From contig JBBQSO010000006.1 in NCBI GenBank assembly GCA_038213805.1, positions 32,001-96,000 on the forward strand: 64,000 nucleotides of DNA, written 5' to 3'. Below the pieces are notes generated by a model. That model ran no database searches. It had not been told where the DNA came from and saw only the letters and a list, made by a program, of their open reading frames with translations. The position numbers and the translations under genes are program-made. This stretch comes from Planctomycetota bacterium (GTDB lineage Bacteria; Planctomycetota; UBA11346). Positions within the stretch are counted from its first letter, which is position 1; each line of letters starts with the position of its first letter. This document shows, piece by piece, positions 31,006 through 41,224 of the stretch.

Positions 31006-34000
31006 ATGGCCAGCGAACCGCATCAGGATGACAGGGCGCCGCCAGCGCCGCCGGGCGCGGCTGCACCGTCTGCACCAACCGCGGCGGCCGGCCAGTCCGG
31101 CCGGCCGTCAACACGCTTCCAGCCGGTCCAGCCGCTGCTCATCCCCGGCTTCGGTGAGGAGGGGCAGCAACCGCAGGGGCGTAGCCCGACCCTGCACCCG
31201 TTCACCACCTCGCGCGACCTCAGCCGCGAGCCGACCACCCTGCTGCGCCCCGCGCCCGAGCTCGAGCCCGAGCCGGAGGCGGCGGGACGCGAAGTGACGC
31301 TGCTCGGTGGCGAGGCCGTGCTCGACGGTCGCGAAGCGACCCTCGGCGCCGGCGCGCTGCATGGTCGCGAGGCGACCCTGCTCGGCGCGGTCGGCGGCCG
31401 CGAAGCCACCCCGCTGCGTCCGGCCGGCTCCTTCGCGCTGACCGGTCGCGAACCCACCCTGCGTGGCGCAGCGACGCCGCGCCCGGCGGGCGGCGGCACC
31501 TCGGCGGGCACCGTCGCCGGTGGCGCCGCGGGCGTCACCGGCCGCGAGCCCACCCTGGCCGCGGGCGGCGGCTCGCGCCGTCCCATCACCCAGCCCACCG
31601 ACCTCGGCGGCCGGGCCGGCGCGCCGGCCGCGCCCTCCGGCCGCCCACGCACCGGCAGTGGCACCAGCGTGTCGTTCGACGACGCCTGGCACCTGCAGGG
31701 CCGGCGCGGCCCGCACACTGGCGCCAAATGGGGCGACTTCGAACTCGGCGGCATCCTCGGCGAGGGCGGCATGGGCGCGGTCTACCGCGCCAAGCAGGTC
31801 AGCCTCAAGCGCCGCGTCGCGCTCAAGGTGCTGCCGCCCAACCTCGCCGCCGACGACAAGCTGCTGCAGCGCTTCCACCTCGAGGCGCGCACCTCGTCGA
31901 TCCTCTCGTCGCCGCACGTCGTGCAGGTCTACGCCATCGGCGAGCACGACGGCAACCACTACTTCGCCATGGAATTCGTCGAGGGCACCGACCTCTACGA
32001 CATCATCAAGCAGCGCCAGACGGACCACCAGCCCTTCACCCCGGACGAGGCCGCGGATCTGGTCGTGCAGGCCGCCAAGGGCCTCGCCGAGGCCGGCCGC
32101 CACGGCATCGTGCACCGCGACATCAAGCCGCCCAACCTGATGGTGGCCAAGGGCAACCTGCTCAAGATCGCCGACTTCGGCATCGTCAAGATCATGGGCG
32201 AGCACCAGCTGACCATGACCGGCCAGGCGGTCGGCACGCCCGCCTACTGCAGCCCCGAGCAGGGCCGCGGCGAGGCGCAGATCGACACGCGCAGCGACCT
32301 CTACAGCCTGGGCGTGGTCTTCTATGAGCTGCTCTGCGGGCGCAAGCCGTTCGAGGGCACCACGCCCAACGCGTTGATCTACCAACATTGCTATGGCGAG
32401 CCCGAACTGCCGCAGAAGCTCAATCCGCTGATCGGCGACGAGTACCAGGCGGTGGTGCTGCGCTGCCTGCAGAAGAAGCCCGAGCACCGTTACGCCTGCG
32501 CCGACGATCTGGTCAAGGACCTCGAGTCGATCCGTGCCGGTTCGATGCTGAAATCGGCGATCGCGCACTACCGCCTCGGCACTGGCGCCGACGAGGCCAA
32601 GCGCGAGCAGATGAACTGGTGGCAGCGCCATCTCGCCGCGGTCGCCGGCGCGGCCGGGCTGGTGGTGGTGCTCGGTGGCGGTGGCGTGTGGGCGTGGGCC
32701 GACCACGCGCAGCGTGTCCGCCTGGCCGCGTCCGAAGAGCAGAGCCGACGCGACATCGCCGCGAGCGAAGAGCGCCAGAAACACGAGCTCTCCGCGGCGC
32801 GCCTGCGCGCCACGCTGGCATCCCTCGACCAGATCGCGCCGCTGCCCGCCGACGTCGAGGCGCGCCTCGACGAGCTTGCCGCCGCGGCCGGCAGCGGCGA
32901 CGCCGATGTCGCACGCTGGCGCGCCAAGGTCACGCGCGTGCGCCTGCTTGCCGGCGGCCTGGTCGCGCTCGACACCGCCGAGCCCGATGCCGCCGCGCGC
33001 ATCAGCGCCGGCGCTGACCTCACCGCCTACGCCGCGCTGGTCGGCACCGGCGACGCAGCCGCCGAGCGCTGGGCGGCGCGTCTGGCGCAGGCACAGAAGG
33101 ACGAGGACGAGTTGCGCGCCAAGCTTGGCGTGCTCGACACCGCCGCCCTCACCCAGGCCGCCGCCGACAGCCTGCGCCCGCTACTCGCCCAGCTCCAGCG
33201 CCTGGTGCCAGCCGATGACGCGCGCGTGCGCGCCTGGGGCGAGCGCCTCGCCGGCTTCGACGCGCGCATCACCGCCCTGATCGCCAGGATCGCGCCGCTC
33301 GACGCCGGCGGGCGCATCACCGAAGGTCAGCGCGGCGCCTGCCTGGAAGCGCTCGGCCAGTTGCGCCCGCTGCTCGGCGCGGCCGACGCGCGCGTGCAGC
33401 GCTGGGAGCGCCGCCTGCAGGAGGCCGAAGGCCTGGTCGGCCGCCTGCGTGCCGCGATCGGCGCGGTGCTCGGCACCGTCGACCGTCCGTCGGTGCCGGC
33501 ACAGGACACCATCGAGATCGACCTCGCGCAGCTGCGCACCCTGCTCGACAGTGACGATCCAGACCTCAAGCGCTGGGACCTGCAGATCCGCAGCGCCAAC
33601 GCCGCGATCGCCAAGCTGCGCGAGCGTCTGGCGGCGCTCGACGCCCTGCCCAAGGGCGAGACCGCGCCCTTCGCGCTGCTCGCGCCGCTGCACCAGGCGG
33701 TCGACGAGCTGCGCGGACTCGCGCGCCCCGGCGACGCCGACGTGCTGCGCTGGGAAGCGGCCTTGCGAGTCGGCGACGAGCTCATCGCCACGCTGCGCAC
33801 GCGCCTGCGCCGCCTCGACGGTGCCCAGGCCGAACCCATCGCCCTCGCCCAGCAGCAGGCCCTGGCCCACGATCTCGAGCGCCTCGACGCCAAGGGTGGC
33901 GTCGATGGCGAGCAGGCGGCGGCGTGGAGCAGCCGCCTCGCCGCCGAGGCCGCGCGGGTCGCGGCGCTGCGTACCGCCTTGGCCGTGCTCGACCGCCCGG

Positions 34001-35469
34001 CGAGCATCGTCGAGGCCACGCGCAGCGCACTCGCGCGGCTCGCCGCGGATGCGGGCGAGGGCGATGCCGACGTGGTGCGCTGGCAGGCCAAGGTCGCGCG
34101 CGTCGCCGCCCTGTGCGGGAAACTCAAGGTCCTCGATGCCGCGACCATGCCCGATGATGGCGAGCACCTGCACGCCCAGCTGGTCGTCGAGGTCGGCGCC
34201 GCGGACGCCGAGGCGCAGCGCTGGGGCGCGCGCCTGGGCGAGATCGCCGCGGCGCGCGCCGCGGTCGCACCGCTGGCCCGGATCCAGCCGCTCACGCCCA
34301 CCGCCGTCGCCGACCTGGTGCGGCTGCGCGCCCTGGTCGGCGCCGCCGACGCCGGCTGGCAGCGCCTCGACGCCAAAGTCGCGCGCGTCGGCGAACTCGC
34401 CGCGCTGCTGCGCCCGCTTGCAACCACCTACGCGCAGGCTCCGGCCGCAGCCACCGCCACCCACGCCGCCCTCGCCGAGCTGGTGGGCCTGGTCGGCGTC
34501 GGCGACCCCGGCTGCCGCGCCTGGGCGCAGCGTCAGGCGCTGCTCGACGGTCCTGGCCGACCGGCCTGGGCCAGCGCCGCCGGCCAGGACGAATACGGCC
34601 CGTGGGCGCTGGTGCGCGTCGGTGACGCCGAGGTGCGCTTCCGCTATGTCCCCCCCGGCGCCTTCCGCATGGGCAGCCCCGACGACGAGACCGGCCGCGA
34701 GGGCGACGAGGTCGCCGTGCCGGTGACTCTCACCCAGGCCTTGTGGCTGGCCGAAAGCGAGTGCCCCCAGCGCCTGTGGCACGTCGTGACCGGCGGCGCG
34801 CCCAGCCGCTTCACCGGTGACGATCGCCCGGTCGACAGCGTCTCGCTCGACGACATCCAGGCGTTCCTTGCCGCGCTGACGCGGCGCGTGCCGGGTCTGC
34901 CCGCGCGCCTGCCCAGCGAGGCGGAGTGGGAATACGCCTGCCGCGCCGGCGCGATCGGGCCGTGGGCCGCGGGCCCGGGCGGCGCGCAGCGCAGCCTGGA
35001 CGGCCTCGCCTGGTACGCCGCGAACAGCCACGGCGAGAGCCACGAGGTCAAGCTGCGTTATCCCAACGCGCTCGGCCTCTACGACCTCCAGGGCAACGTC
35101 AGCGAGTGGTGCCGCGACCGCTACGCGCCGTATCCGACCAGCGCGGCGAGCGACCCGCTCGGTCGCGACGGCGCGCAGGGCGTGGCCCGCGGCGGTTCGT
35201 GGGGCGACGGCCAGGCGACGCTGCGCGCGGCCAACCGCTTGCCGGCGCGCCCCAGCCTGCGTTCCGCCTACCTCGGGTTCCGCCTCGCCGCCGCGGTGCA
35301 GTGGCCGGTCCCGCCCGACGGCCTGGCCCTGCTCGGCGCCGGCGCGGCGACGCGCGGCCAGATCGAGTTCCAACTCGGCACCGCGCACGTGCGCGTCGAG
35401 GTCGCGCTGCCGGCCGACGGCCTGCCCAGCGCGACGTCAGCACCCCGCCCCGCCCAGGCGACGCCATGA
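31006..35469 (+). CDS. Membrane Ser/Thr kinase with extracytoplasmic helical repeats and C-terminal FGE/SUMF1 domain
   Basis: GEGGMGAVY, HRDIKPPN, DFG, GTPAYCSPEQ; one TM helix; RLPSEAEWEYACRAG, NALGLYDLQGNVSEW, RGGSW, GFRL. Confidence 0.93.
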   Translation: MASEPHQDDRAPPAPPGAAAPSAPTAAAGQSGRPSTRFQPVQPLLIPGFGEEGQQPQGRSPTLHPFTTSRDLSREPTTLLRPAPELEPEPEAAGREVTLLGGEAVLDGREATLGAGALHGREATLLGAVGGREATPLRPAGSFALTGREPTLRGAATPRPAGGGTSAGTVAGGAAGVTGREPTLAAGGGSRRPITQPTDLGGRAGAPAAPSGRPRTGSGTSVSFDDAWHLQGRRGPHTGAKWGDFELGGILGEGGMGAVYRAKQVSLKRRVALKVLPPNLAADDKLLQRFHLEARTSSILSSPHVVQVYAIGEHDGNHYFAMEFVEGTDLYDIIKQRQTDHQPFTPDEAADLVVQAAKGLAEAGRHGIVHRDIKPPNLMVAKGNLLKIADFGIVKIMGEHQLTMTGQAVGTPAYCSPEQGRGEAQIDTRSDLYSLGVVFYELLCGRKPFEGTTPNALIYQHCYGEPELPQKLNPLIGDEYQAVVLRCLQKKPEHRYACADDLVKDLESIRAGSMLKSAIAHYRLGTGADEAKREQMNWWQRHLAAVAGAAGLVVVLGGGGVWAWADHAQRVRLAASEEQSRRDIAASEERQKHELSAARLRATLASLDQIAPLPADVEARLDELAAAAGSGDADVARWRAKVTRVRLLAGGLVALDTAEPDAAARISAGADLTAYAALVGTGDAAAERWAARLAQAQKDEDELRAKLGVLDTAALTQAAADSLRPLLAQLQRLVPADDARVRAWGERLAGFDARITALIARIAPLDAGGRITEGQRGACLEALGQLRPLLGAADARVQRWERRLQEAEGLVGRLRAAIGAVLGTVDRPSVPAQDTIEIDLAQLRTLLDSDDPDLKRWDLQIRSANAAIAKLRERLAALDALPKGETAPFALLAPLHQAVDELRGLARPGDADVLRWEAALRVGDELIATLRTRLRRLDGAQAEPIALAQQQALAHDLERLDAKGGVDGEQAAAWSSRLAAEAARVAALRTALAVLDRPASIVEATRSALARLAADAGEGDADVVRWQAKVARVAALCGKLKVLDAATMPDDGEHLHAQLVVEVGAADAEAQRWGARLGEIAAARAAVAPLARIQPLTPTAVADLVRLRALVGAADAGWQRLDAKVARVGELAALLRPLATTYAQAPAAATATHAALAELVGLVGVGDPGCRAWAQRQALLDGPGRPAWASAAGQDEYGPWALVRVGDAEVRFRYVPPGAFRMGSPDDETGREGDEVAVPVTLTQALWLAESECPQRLWHVVTGGAPSRFTGDDRPVDSVSLDDIQAFLAALTRRVPGLPARLPSEAEWEYACRAGAIGPWAAGPGGAQRSLDGLAWYAANSHGESHEVKLRYPNALGLYDLQGNVSEWCRDRYAPYPTSAASDPLGRDGAQGVARGGSWGDGQATLRAANRLPARPSLRSAYLGFRLAAAVQWPVPPDGLALLGAGAATRGQIEFQLGTAHVRVEVALPADGLPSATSAPRPAQATP

Positions 35470-38400
35470 AGACCTATGCCAGACTGGTGCGCTGGACTGC
35501 GCTCGCCGCCGTGCTGCTGCTGCTGCTCGTCCAGGGCGGACTCGGCGCGGCCGAAAGCGTCGGCATCGATCCCTTGCCGAGCCAGGTGCGCAGTCGCAGC
35601 GACGTGCCGGTTTCCGGCACCTTCAGCACCGCTGGGGCCGCCACCACCCTGCGCTTCTTCGTCGACGGCGCACTCGACGGCACCACCGCGGCGACGGGCT
35701 CGTGGAGCTACGTCCTTGGCGCGACCAGCAGCGGCCTGACCGGGCCCTACGCCGACGGCCAGCACACCCTGCTGGTGCAAAGCGAGGACGGCGGCGGGGC
35801 GCTGTTCGCGGTCGCCGCGGCCACCTTCACCGTCGACCTCAGTCCGGATCTCTTCCTTGGCGGCCTGGGCGTGCGCGACACCGGACCGGCGACCTTCGCC
35901 GCCGGCGAGAACGTGCTGGCGAGCGGCGCGGCGATCAGCAGCTACCCGTCCACAGCGGTGCCGGCGACCAAGGTCAAGACGCTCGCCATCACCCTCGACG
36001 ACCGCCCCGACGGCAGCGCCGAGACGCTTAAACTCAAGACCGGTTTCGTGCTGGCGAGCGCGCTGACGGCGACCTTCGACAATCTCAGCGGTACCCTCAC
36101 CATCACCATCTCGGGCGCGACCCCGGTCGCGCCCAGCGTCCTCGCCGACGTCGCGCGCAACGTCGTCTATCTCACCACCCAGACCTCGCCGACCGCGGGC
36201 CTGCGTCGCGTGCGCTGGACGTTGACCGACAAGAACAACGCGGTGTCGCCGGTCGCCACCGCGACCATCGCCGTCACCAACGGCAGCGGCGGGCCGCCGG
36301 TGGTGTCGCTGGGTGGCGATTTCGCCAGCGCCAACGTCACCGCGACCCTGCTCGAGGGCGGCGGCGCGCTCGCCATCGCGCCGGGCGCGCGCATCCTCGC
36401 CAACCCCACCGCGCCGTGGCCGACGCCGGTCTTCGATACGGTGACCAGCCGCTACACGCCCTCGTTCATCTACACCATGACCGCCAACGACAGCCTCTCG
36501 CAGTACAGCGGCGCGGTCCTGGATACCATCACCATCACGCTGACCAATCCGGGCGGCGGCGGCCTGCTGCCCGCCGGCACGGAATCGCTGAGCACCACCC
36601 CGACCAGCGAATTCACCTACGGCAGCACCTTCGTGACCCGTCCGGCCAACGCAGCGCCAGGCCACTTCCTGTACTTCGACGGCAACGAGGCGCCGCTCGA
36701 CACGCCGGTCGCCGGCGATGGCGGCGCCTATATGATGTACACGGTGGGCGGCAGCTACAGCCAGGGCGCCAGCAGCGGCAGCCTGGTGGTCCGCGCCAAC
36801 CAGAACACGGCCCAGCTGGTGTGCCCGATCCGCAGCGCTTCCGGAACCACTTTCGCACCCGACGTGCGCCCCATCCCCACCGCCTTCGCCGAGACCCTGC
36901 TGCGCACCATCGCCTACACCAACACCAGCACCAACCCGACGCGGCTGGGCAACCAGCGCGTGGTCACGGTGACGGTCAGCAACGCGTGCACCGCCGCGAC
37001 GATCCGCAGCTCCGTGACGCGCACCTGCACCATCACCCTGGTGCCGAGTAATGAGGCGCCGGTGATCGCCGGGCCAAGCTCCTTCTCCGGCAACGAAGAC
37101 GCCCCGCTCGCCCTCAATGGCCTGCAGATCTCGGACAATGATGGCAACGGCGGCAACGAAACCCTCACCCTGGAGGTCGCGCACGGCACGCTCAGCCTGG
37201 GCGACCTCACCGGCCTGGCCGTGGTCGGCAACGGCACCGCCAAGGTCACCCTCACCGGCGCACTCGACGACCACGCCAGCGGCGTCCTGGCGCTCGCCCT
37301 CGCCCGCGCGCTGCGTCCCGGCAACCTCACGTTCGCTCCGACCGCGCAGTTCAGCGGCACCGACCAGCTGCGCGTGATCCTCACCGACAACGGCCACTCC
37401 AGCGACGCCACCGCCACGCCACAGACCACCACCTTCCTGCCCAACTCCGGTGGCGGTCCGATCACCCTCATCATCGCCGCGGTCAACGATCCGCCCGATG
37501 CGGCGCTGCCCGGACCCCAGGTCACCCAGGAGGACCAGGACCGCATCATCGGCGGCCTCGCGGTGAGCGACCCTGACCAGCCGACCGGGCAGGTGCAGGT
37601 CGCCCTCGCCGCCGTGCACGGCGTGCTGACCTTGAATGACATCACCGGACTCGACTTCGCCTTCAGCGATGCCGACGGCAGCGGCAGCGGCAGCGGCACG
37701 GCCGACCGCACGATGGTCTTCCGCGGCACGCTCAGCGATATCAACACCGCGCTGATCGCGGTGAACTACCATCCCGACCTGCACTTCTACGGCAGCGAAA
37801 CCCTGACCATCGCGGTCAATGACCTTGGCAACACCGGCCTGCGCAGCGGCGCCGCCGGCGGCACCATCGCGTTCGGCGGCAGCGCCAATTCCTGGGTGCG
37901 CACCCGCACCGTGGCGATGTCGGTGCGCTTCACCGATCAGCGACCGGAGGTCGTGGTGAGCCCGGCCAGCTGCCTGGTGAGCGGCACCATCACCCTCGTC
38001 GGCGGCACTTATCTCGCGCCCACCTATCCGCTCCTCGGCCAGCCGCTCAACCCAGACGCCACACCGGCCACCCCACCCGGGGCCGGCACCAGCGCAAACG
38101 CTGGATCGCCGGGCTCCAATCTGGTCGCGAGCGACACCGAGACCAGGGACGCGCGCGGCCTGACCTACACCGTGGCGCTGGCCACTACCCAGGGCGACCT
38201 GCTGCGCCGCCGGCCGGGCGACCCTGTGGATGGCGTGCTGCTGGCCGCCGGCACGGTGTTCACCCAGGATGACCTCGACAACGGCTTCATCACCTATGTG
38301 CACAATGGTGCGCTGAGCGGCGACGACGGCTTCGTCTTCACCGTCGCCGACGACAACAACGTCAGCCATCCGGCCGGCGCCAGCGATGTCCAGCGCCAGC

Positions 38401-39575
38401 AGTCGCCGCCCACCGTCTTCCCGATCGCCATCGACCGCAGCCTGCCGGTGGTGGTGCTCGCCGGCGGTGGCGCGACCTTCATCGAGTCCATCGCCGGCAC
38501 ACCCGGCAGCGGACCGGTCGCGCTCGACAACGATCCCGCGACCGCGGTGGTCAACGCCACCTCACCCGGGGTGTTCGTCCCACCCAGCGGCGCCGGCAGC
38601 GTGACGGTCAGCCTGGCCATCCCGACGCCGGTGGCGACCGCGCTCACCCCGTCGGGCGATGTCCAGGACGTGATCGCGCTCAAGGACCAGGCGCCGATCA
38701 CGGTCAGCGGTCAGACCGTGCTGTTCAACGGCAGCCAGGCGATCGGCTCGCTCAGCGGTGGTGGCGGCGGCGCGCCGCTGGTGATCAGTCTGAGCTCTTC
38801 CGCGCCAATCCCGGTCAGCGCGGTCAGCGCGCTGATCCGCAACCTGACCTTCACCAACCCCTCGGCCAACCCCTCGGCCGCGACCCGGGTCGCGACCATC
38901 ACCGTGCAGAACGGCAGCGGCCTGAACAGTCTGCCGGTCACCACTGCGATCACCGTGGTACCCGTCAACAATCCGCCGGTGATCGCCACGCCCGTGCTCG
39001 TCGCGACCGTACCTGGCCTGACCGTTACCGGCCAGGTGGTCGTGAACGACCCTGACAGCCTGCTCAGCTTCGACGTCACCGGCGCGCCGCCCACCAAGGG
39101 CCAGGTGAGCGTGGCCGGCAACGGCACCTTCACCTACGCCGCGGCGGCGGTGGTCGCCGGCGCCGGCGGCCTGCTCAGCGATCATTTCGACATCACCGTC
39201 ACCGACGATTTCGGTGAGACCGCGACCACGACCTTCACCGTGCGCATCAGCGATCTCGGCGCGACCGCGCCGGTGGTGACCTCGAATCCACCGATGGAGG
39301 CGACCAAGGACGGCGCGCTGGTCTACCAGCCTGCGGTCTCGACCGCCGGACTCGTCGCGCCCGTGCTGCGCTACGTGCTGGTCGGCCCGACCCCGGTGCC
39401 GACCCAGGCACCCAGCTTCAGCACCAGCGACGGTACGCTCAACTGGACGGCGGTGCCGCAGCCGATTGGCGGCTACTACGACCTCGGCATCCTGGTCATC
39501 GACCAGGTCAGCGGCAGCGCCACCTACCAGCCGATCCTGCTCAAGGTCGTGACGCCGCCGGCGGGGGGGGGCTGA
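35466..39575 (+). CDS. Large secreted adhesin-like protein with Ig, cadherin-like and CSPG-type repeats
   Basis: ATGA overlap with the kinase; signal peptide; NEAP/VNDPP/VNNPP linkers, NED/QED, DxD motifs; FTQDDLDNGFITYVHNG...DDGFVFTVAD. Confidence 0.8.
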   Translation: MKTYARLVRWTALAAVLLLLLVQGGLGAAESVGIDPLPSQVRSRSDVPVSGTFSTAGAATTLRFFVDGALDGTTAATGSWSYVLGATSSGLTGPYADGQHTLLVQSEDGGGALFAVAAATFTVDLSPDLFLGGLGVRDTGPATFAAGENVLASGAAISSYPSTAVPATKVKTLAITLDDRPDGSAETLKLKTGFVLASALTATFDNLSGTLTITISGATPVAPSVLADVARNVVYLTTQTSPTAGLRRVRWTLTDKNNAVSPVATATIAVTNGSGGPPVVSLGGDFASANVTATLLEGGGALAIAPGARILANPTAPWPTPVFDTVTSRYTPSFIYTMTANDSLSQYSGAVLDTITITLTNPGGGGLLPAGTESLSTTPTSEFTYGSTFVTRPANAAPGHFLYFDGNEAPLDTPVAGDGGAYMMYTVGGSYSQGASSGSLVVRANQNTAQLVCPIRSASGTTFAPDVRPIPTAFAETLLRTIAYTNTSTNPTRLGNQRVVTVTVSNACTAATIRSSVTRTCTITLVPSNEAPVIAGPSSFSGNEDAPLALNGLQISDNDGNGGNETLTLEVAHGTLSLGDLTGLAVVGNGTAKVTLTGALDDHASGVLALALARALRPGNLTFAPTAQFSGTDQLRVILTDNGHSSDATATPQTTTFLPNSGGGPITLIIAAVNDPPDAALPGPQVTQEDQDRIIGGLAVSDPDQPTGQVQVALAAVHGVLTLNDITGLDFAFSDADGSGSGSGTADRTMVFRGTLSDINTALIAVNYHPDLHFYGSETLTIAVNDLGNTGLRSGAAGGTIAFGGSANSWVRTRTVAMSVRFTDQRPEVVVSPASCLVSGTITLVGGTYLAPTYPLLGQPLNPDATPATPPGAGTSANAGSPGSNLVASDTETRDARGLTYTVALATTQGDLLRRRPGDPVDGVLLAAGTVFTQDDLDNGFITYVHNGALSGDDGFVFTVADDNNVSHPAGASDVQRQQSPPTVFPIAIDRSLPVVVLAGGGATFIESIAGTPGSGPVALDNDPATAVVNATSPGVFVPPSGAGSVTVSLAIPTPVATALTPSGDVQDVIALKDQAPITVSGQTVLFNGSQAIGSLSGGGGGAPLVISLSSSAPIPVSAVSALIRNLTFTNPSANPSAATRVATITVQNGSGLNSLPVTTAITVVPVNNPPVIATPVLVATVPGLTVTGQVVVNDPDSLLSFDVTGAPPTKGQVSVAGNGTFTYAAAAVVAGAGGLLSDHFDITVTDDFGETATTTFTVRISDLGATAPVVTSNPPMEATKDGALVYQPAVSTAGLVAPVLRYVLVGPTPVPTQAPSFSTSDGTLNWTAVPQPIGGYYDLGILVIDQVSGSATYQPILLKVVTPPAGGG

Positions 39576-39577
39576 GC

Positions 39578-40417
39578 ATGATCCCGATCACCATCCTCCG
39601 TCCTGCCGGCCGCGTCGCCCTCGGTGCATGCCTCCTCCTTGGCGCCGGCTGCGGCTCTCCCGACGCCGGCGTCAGCGTGGGCGGCGGGGGCGGTGCGAAC
39701 GGCGGGCTGTCGGCGGCGGTCGGCAATGCGACCTCGCCTTTCCTGGTGCTCGATCTCGTCGCCGGCACCCTGCGCAGCGCCGCGACGGTCGACGATCTCG
39801 CCACCAACGCCGCCTGGCGCACGACCTCGCTGGTATTCCGCCGCGTGCACGGCCTGGGCGATGACTACTTCCTGGGGGTGTTCGAGACCACCCAGGAGCA
39901 GTGGACGCGGCTGGGCGGCGCCCAACCCTGGAGCGCGCTCAGCAGCGCGGTGGTCGGCAGCGGCGCAGTCGCCGCCGACCATCCCGCCTTCGCCCTCAGC
40001 TATGCCGACATCCAAGCCGTCGTAAGCGCGTATGCGGCGTCGCACCAACTGCGTCTCGCGGTGCCCACCACCGCGCAGTGGCGCTTCGCCTGCGCCGCCG
40101 GCAGTGCCGGCGCCTACGCCTGGGGCGACGGCACCGATCGCGCCACGGTCGCGGCCAACGCGGTGGTCGCTGAAACCCTGGGCGGCACGCCCGGGCCGCG
40201 CAGCGTCGGCGCGCTCAGCGCCAACGCCGCCGGCTTCTACGACATGCACGGCAACGTCTGGGAATGGACCAGCCCGGGAACGGGCGTCAGCGGCGGCTCG
40301 TGGCACGACGGCATCGCGCGCGCCACCACCCAGGGCCAGGCCGGCTTCGCCGACGCGCAGATCACCGACCTCACCGCCCACGCGCTGATCGGCGTGCGGC
40401 TGGTCTTGCAGCCGTGA
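39578..40417 (+). CDS. FGE/SUMF1-domain lipoprotein
   Basis: Lipobox GAG-C; FETTQEQW, VPTTAQWRFACAAG, NAAGFYDMHGNVWEW, GGSW, IGVRLV. Confidence 0.88.
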   Translation: MIPITILRPAGRVALGACLLLGAGCGSPDAGVSVGGGGGANGGLSAAVGNATSPFLVLDLVAGTLRSAATVDDLATNAAWRTTSLVFRRVHGLGDDYFLGVFETTQEQWTRLGGAQPWSALSSAVVGSGAVAADHPAFALSYADIQAVVSAYAASHQLRLAVPTTAQWRFACAAGSAGAYAWGDGTDRATVAANAVVAETLGGTPGPRSVGALSANAAGFYDMHGNVWEWTSPGTGVSGGSWHDGIARATTQGQAGFADAQITDLTAHALIGVRLVLQP

Positions 40418-40440
40418 GCGGCGTGCGCAGCATCGCCGCG

Positions 40441-41106
40441 ATGCGCACCTCCCTGGTCCTTCGTCTGCCCGTGGCCGGCCTCGTGCTTGGCGCGCTGGCC
40501 CGTGCGACGCTGCCAGGCGCCGAGCTGGTGGTGCGCGACCTCGATATCAATGCGGTGGCGCTGCCCACCAGCTTCAGCTACACGCTGACCGGTTCAGGGT
40601 CGTCTGGTTCGGGCAATGATGCCTTCGCCTCCGGCACTGGCCTGGGCGTCGGTGGGCGCTGGTCGCTGGCGCGCCCCGGCGATGCGCTGGGCTTGGTGCT
40701 CGGTCTCGACGCCATGCTCGAGGACTGGACCTATGGCAGCAGCGCGGATGCGCTGTTCGCGGCCGACCTGCGCGCCAGCGCCGGCCTTGGCTGGGCGATC
40801 ACGCCGCGCTGGACGGCGATCGCCGAGCTCGGCGCCGGCTACGGCTTCAGCCATCTGAATCTTCCGGCCAGCGCCATCGCTCCGGCCTTCTCGGCGAGCG
40901 GCAACCACCTCGCCTACGACCTGCGCGCGGACCTGCGCTGGCAGTTCGCGCACGGGCTGGTCCTGGTCGTGGAGGGCGGCTGGCTGCACAGCGCGCACAG
41001 CTTCTCCAATGGCGGCATCAGCGACCTGAAACTGACCCAGAGCGGATTGTACGCAGGGATCGGCTTCTCTTGGCGGTTCAGCGATGCGCCGGAGCGGCTC
41101 GAATAA
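40441..41106 (+). CDS. Outer-membrane beta-barrel protein (about 8 strands)
   Basis: Signal peptide; alternating aromatic/Gly strands; terminal strand GLYAGIGFSWRF; alternative GTG start at 40414. Confidence 0.7.
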   Translation: MRTSLVLRLPVAGLVLGALARATLPGAELVVRDLDINAVALPTSFSYTLTGSGSSGSGNDAFASGTGLGVGGRWSLARPGDALGLVLGLDAMLEDWTYGSSADALFAADLRASAGLGWAITPRWTAIAELGAGYGFSHLNLPASAIAPAFSASGNHLAYDLRADLRWQFAHGLVLVVEGGWLHSAHSFSNGGISDLKLTQSGLYAGIGFSWRFSDAPERLE

Positions 41107-41125
41107 AGCGATGCGCCGGAGCGGC
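41080..41125 (+). repeat. 19-bp direct repeat AGCGATGCGCCGGAGCGGC spanning the beta-barrel stop codon
   Basis: Copies at 41080-41098 and 41107-41125. Confidence 0.85.
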
Positions 41126-41224
41126 GCGAACCAGGCAGGCGCGAGTCTCGCCGCGCGCGAAAAACACCCGTGTGGCTGTGCGCGCGTCCCGAGGGCCGCT
41201 GTTCCCAAGCGCGGGCGTCGCTGG

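Noticed and set aside
34926..35465. Upstream extension of the 1549-aa ORF
   Set aside because: Overlaps the kinase FGE domain; the signal peptide begins at ATG 35466.
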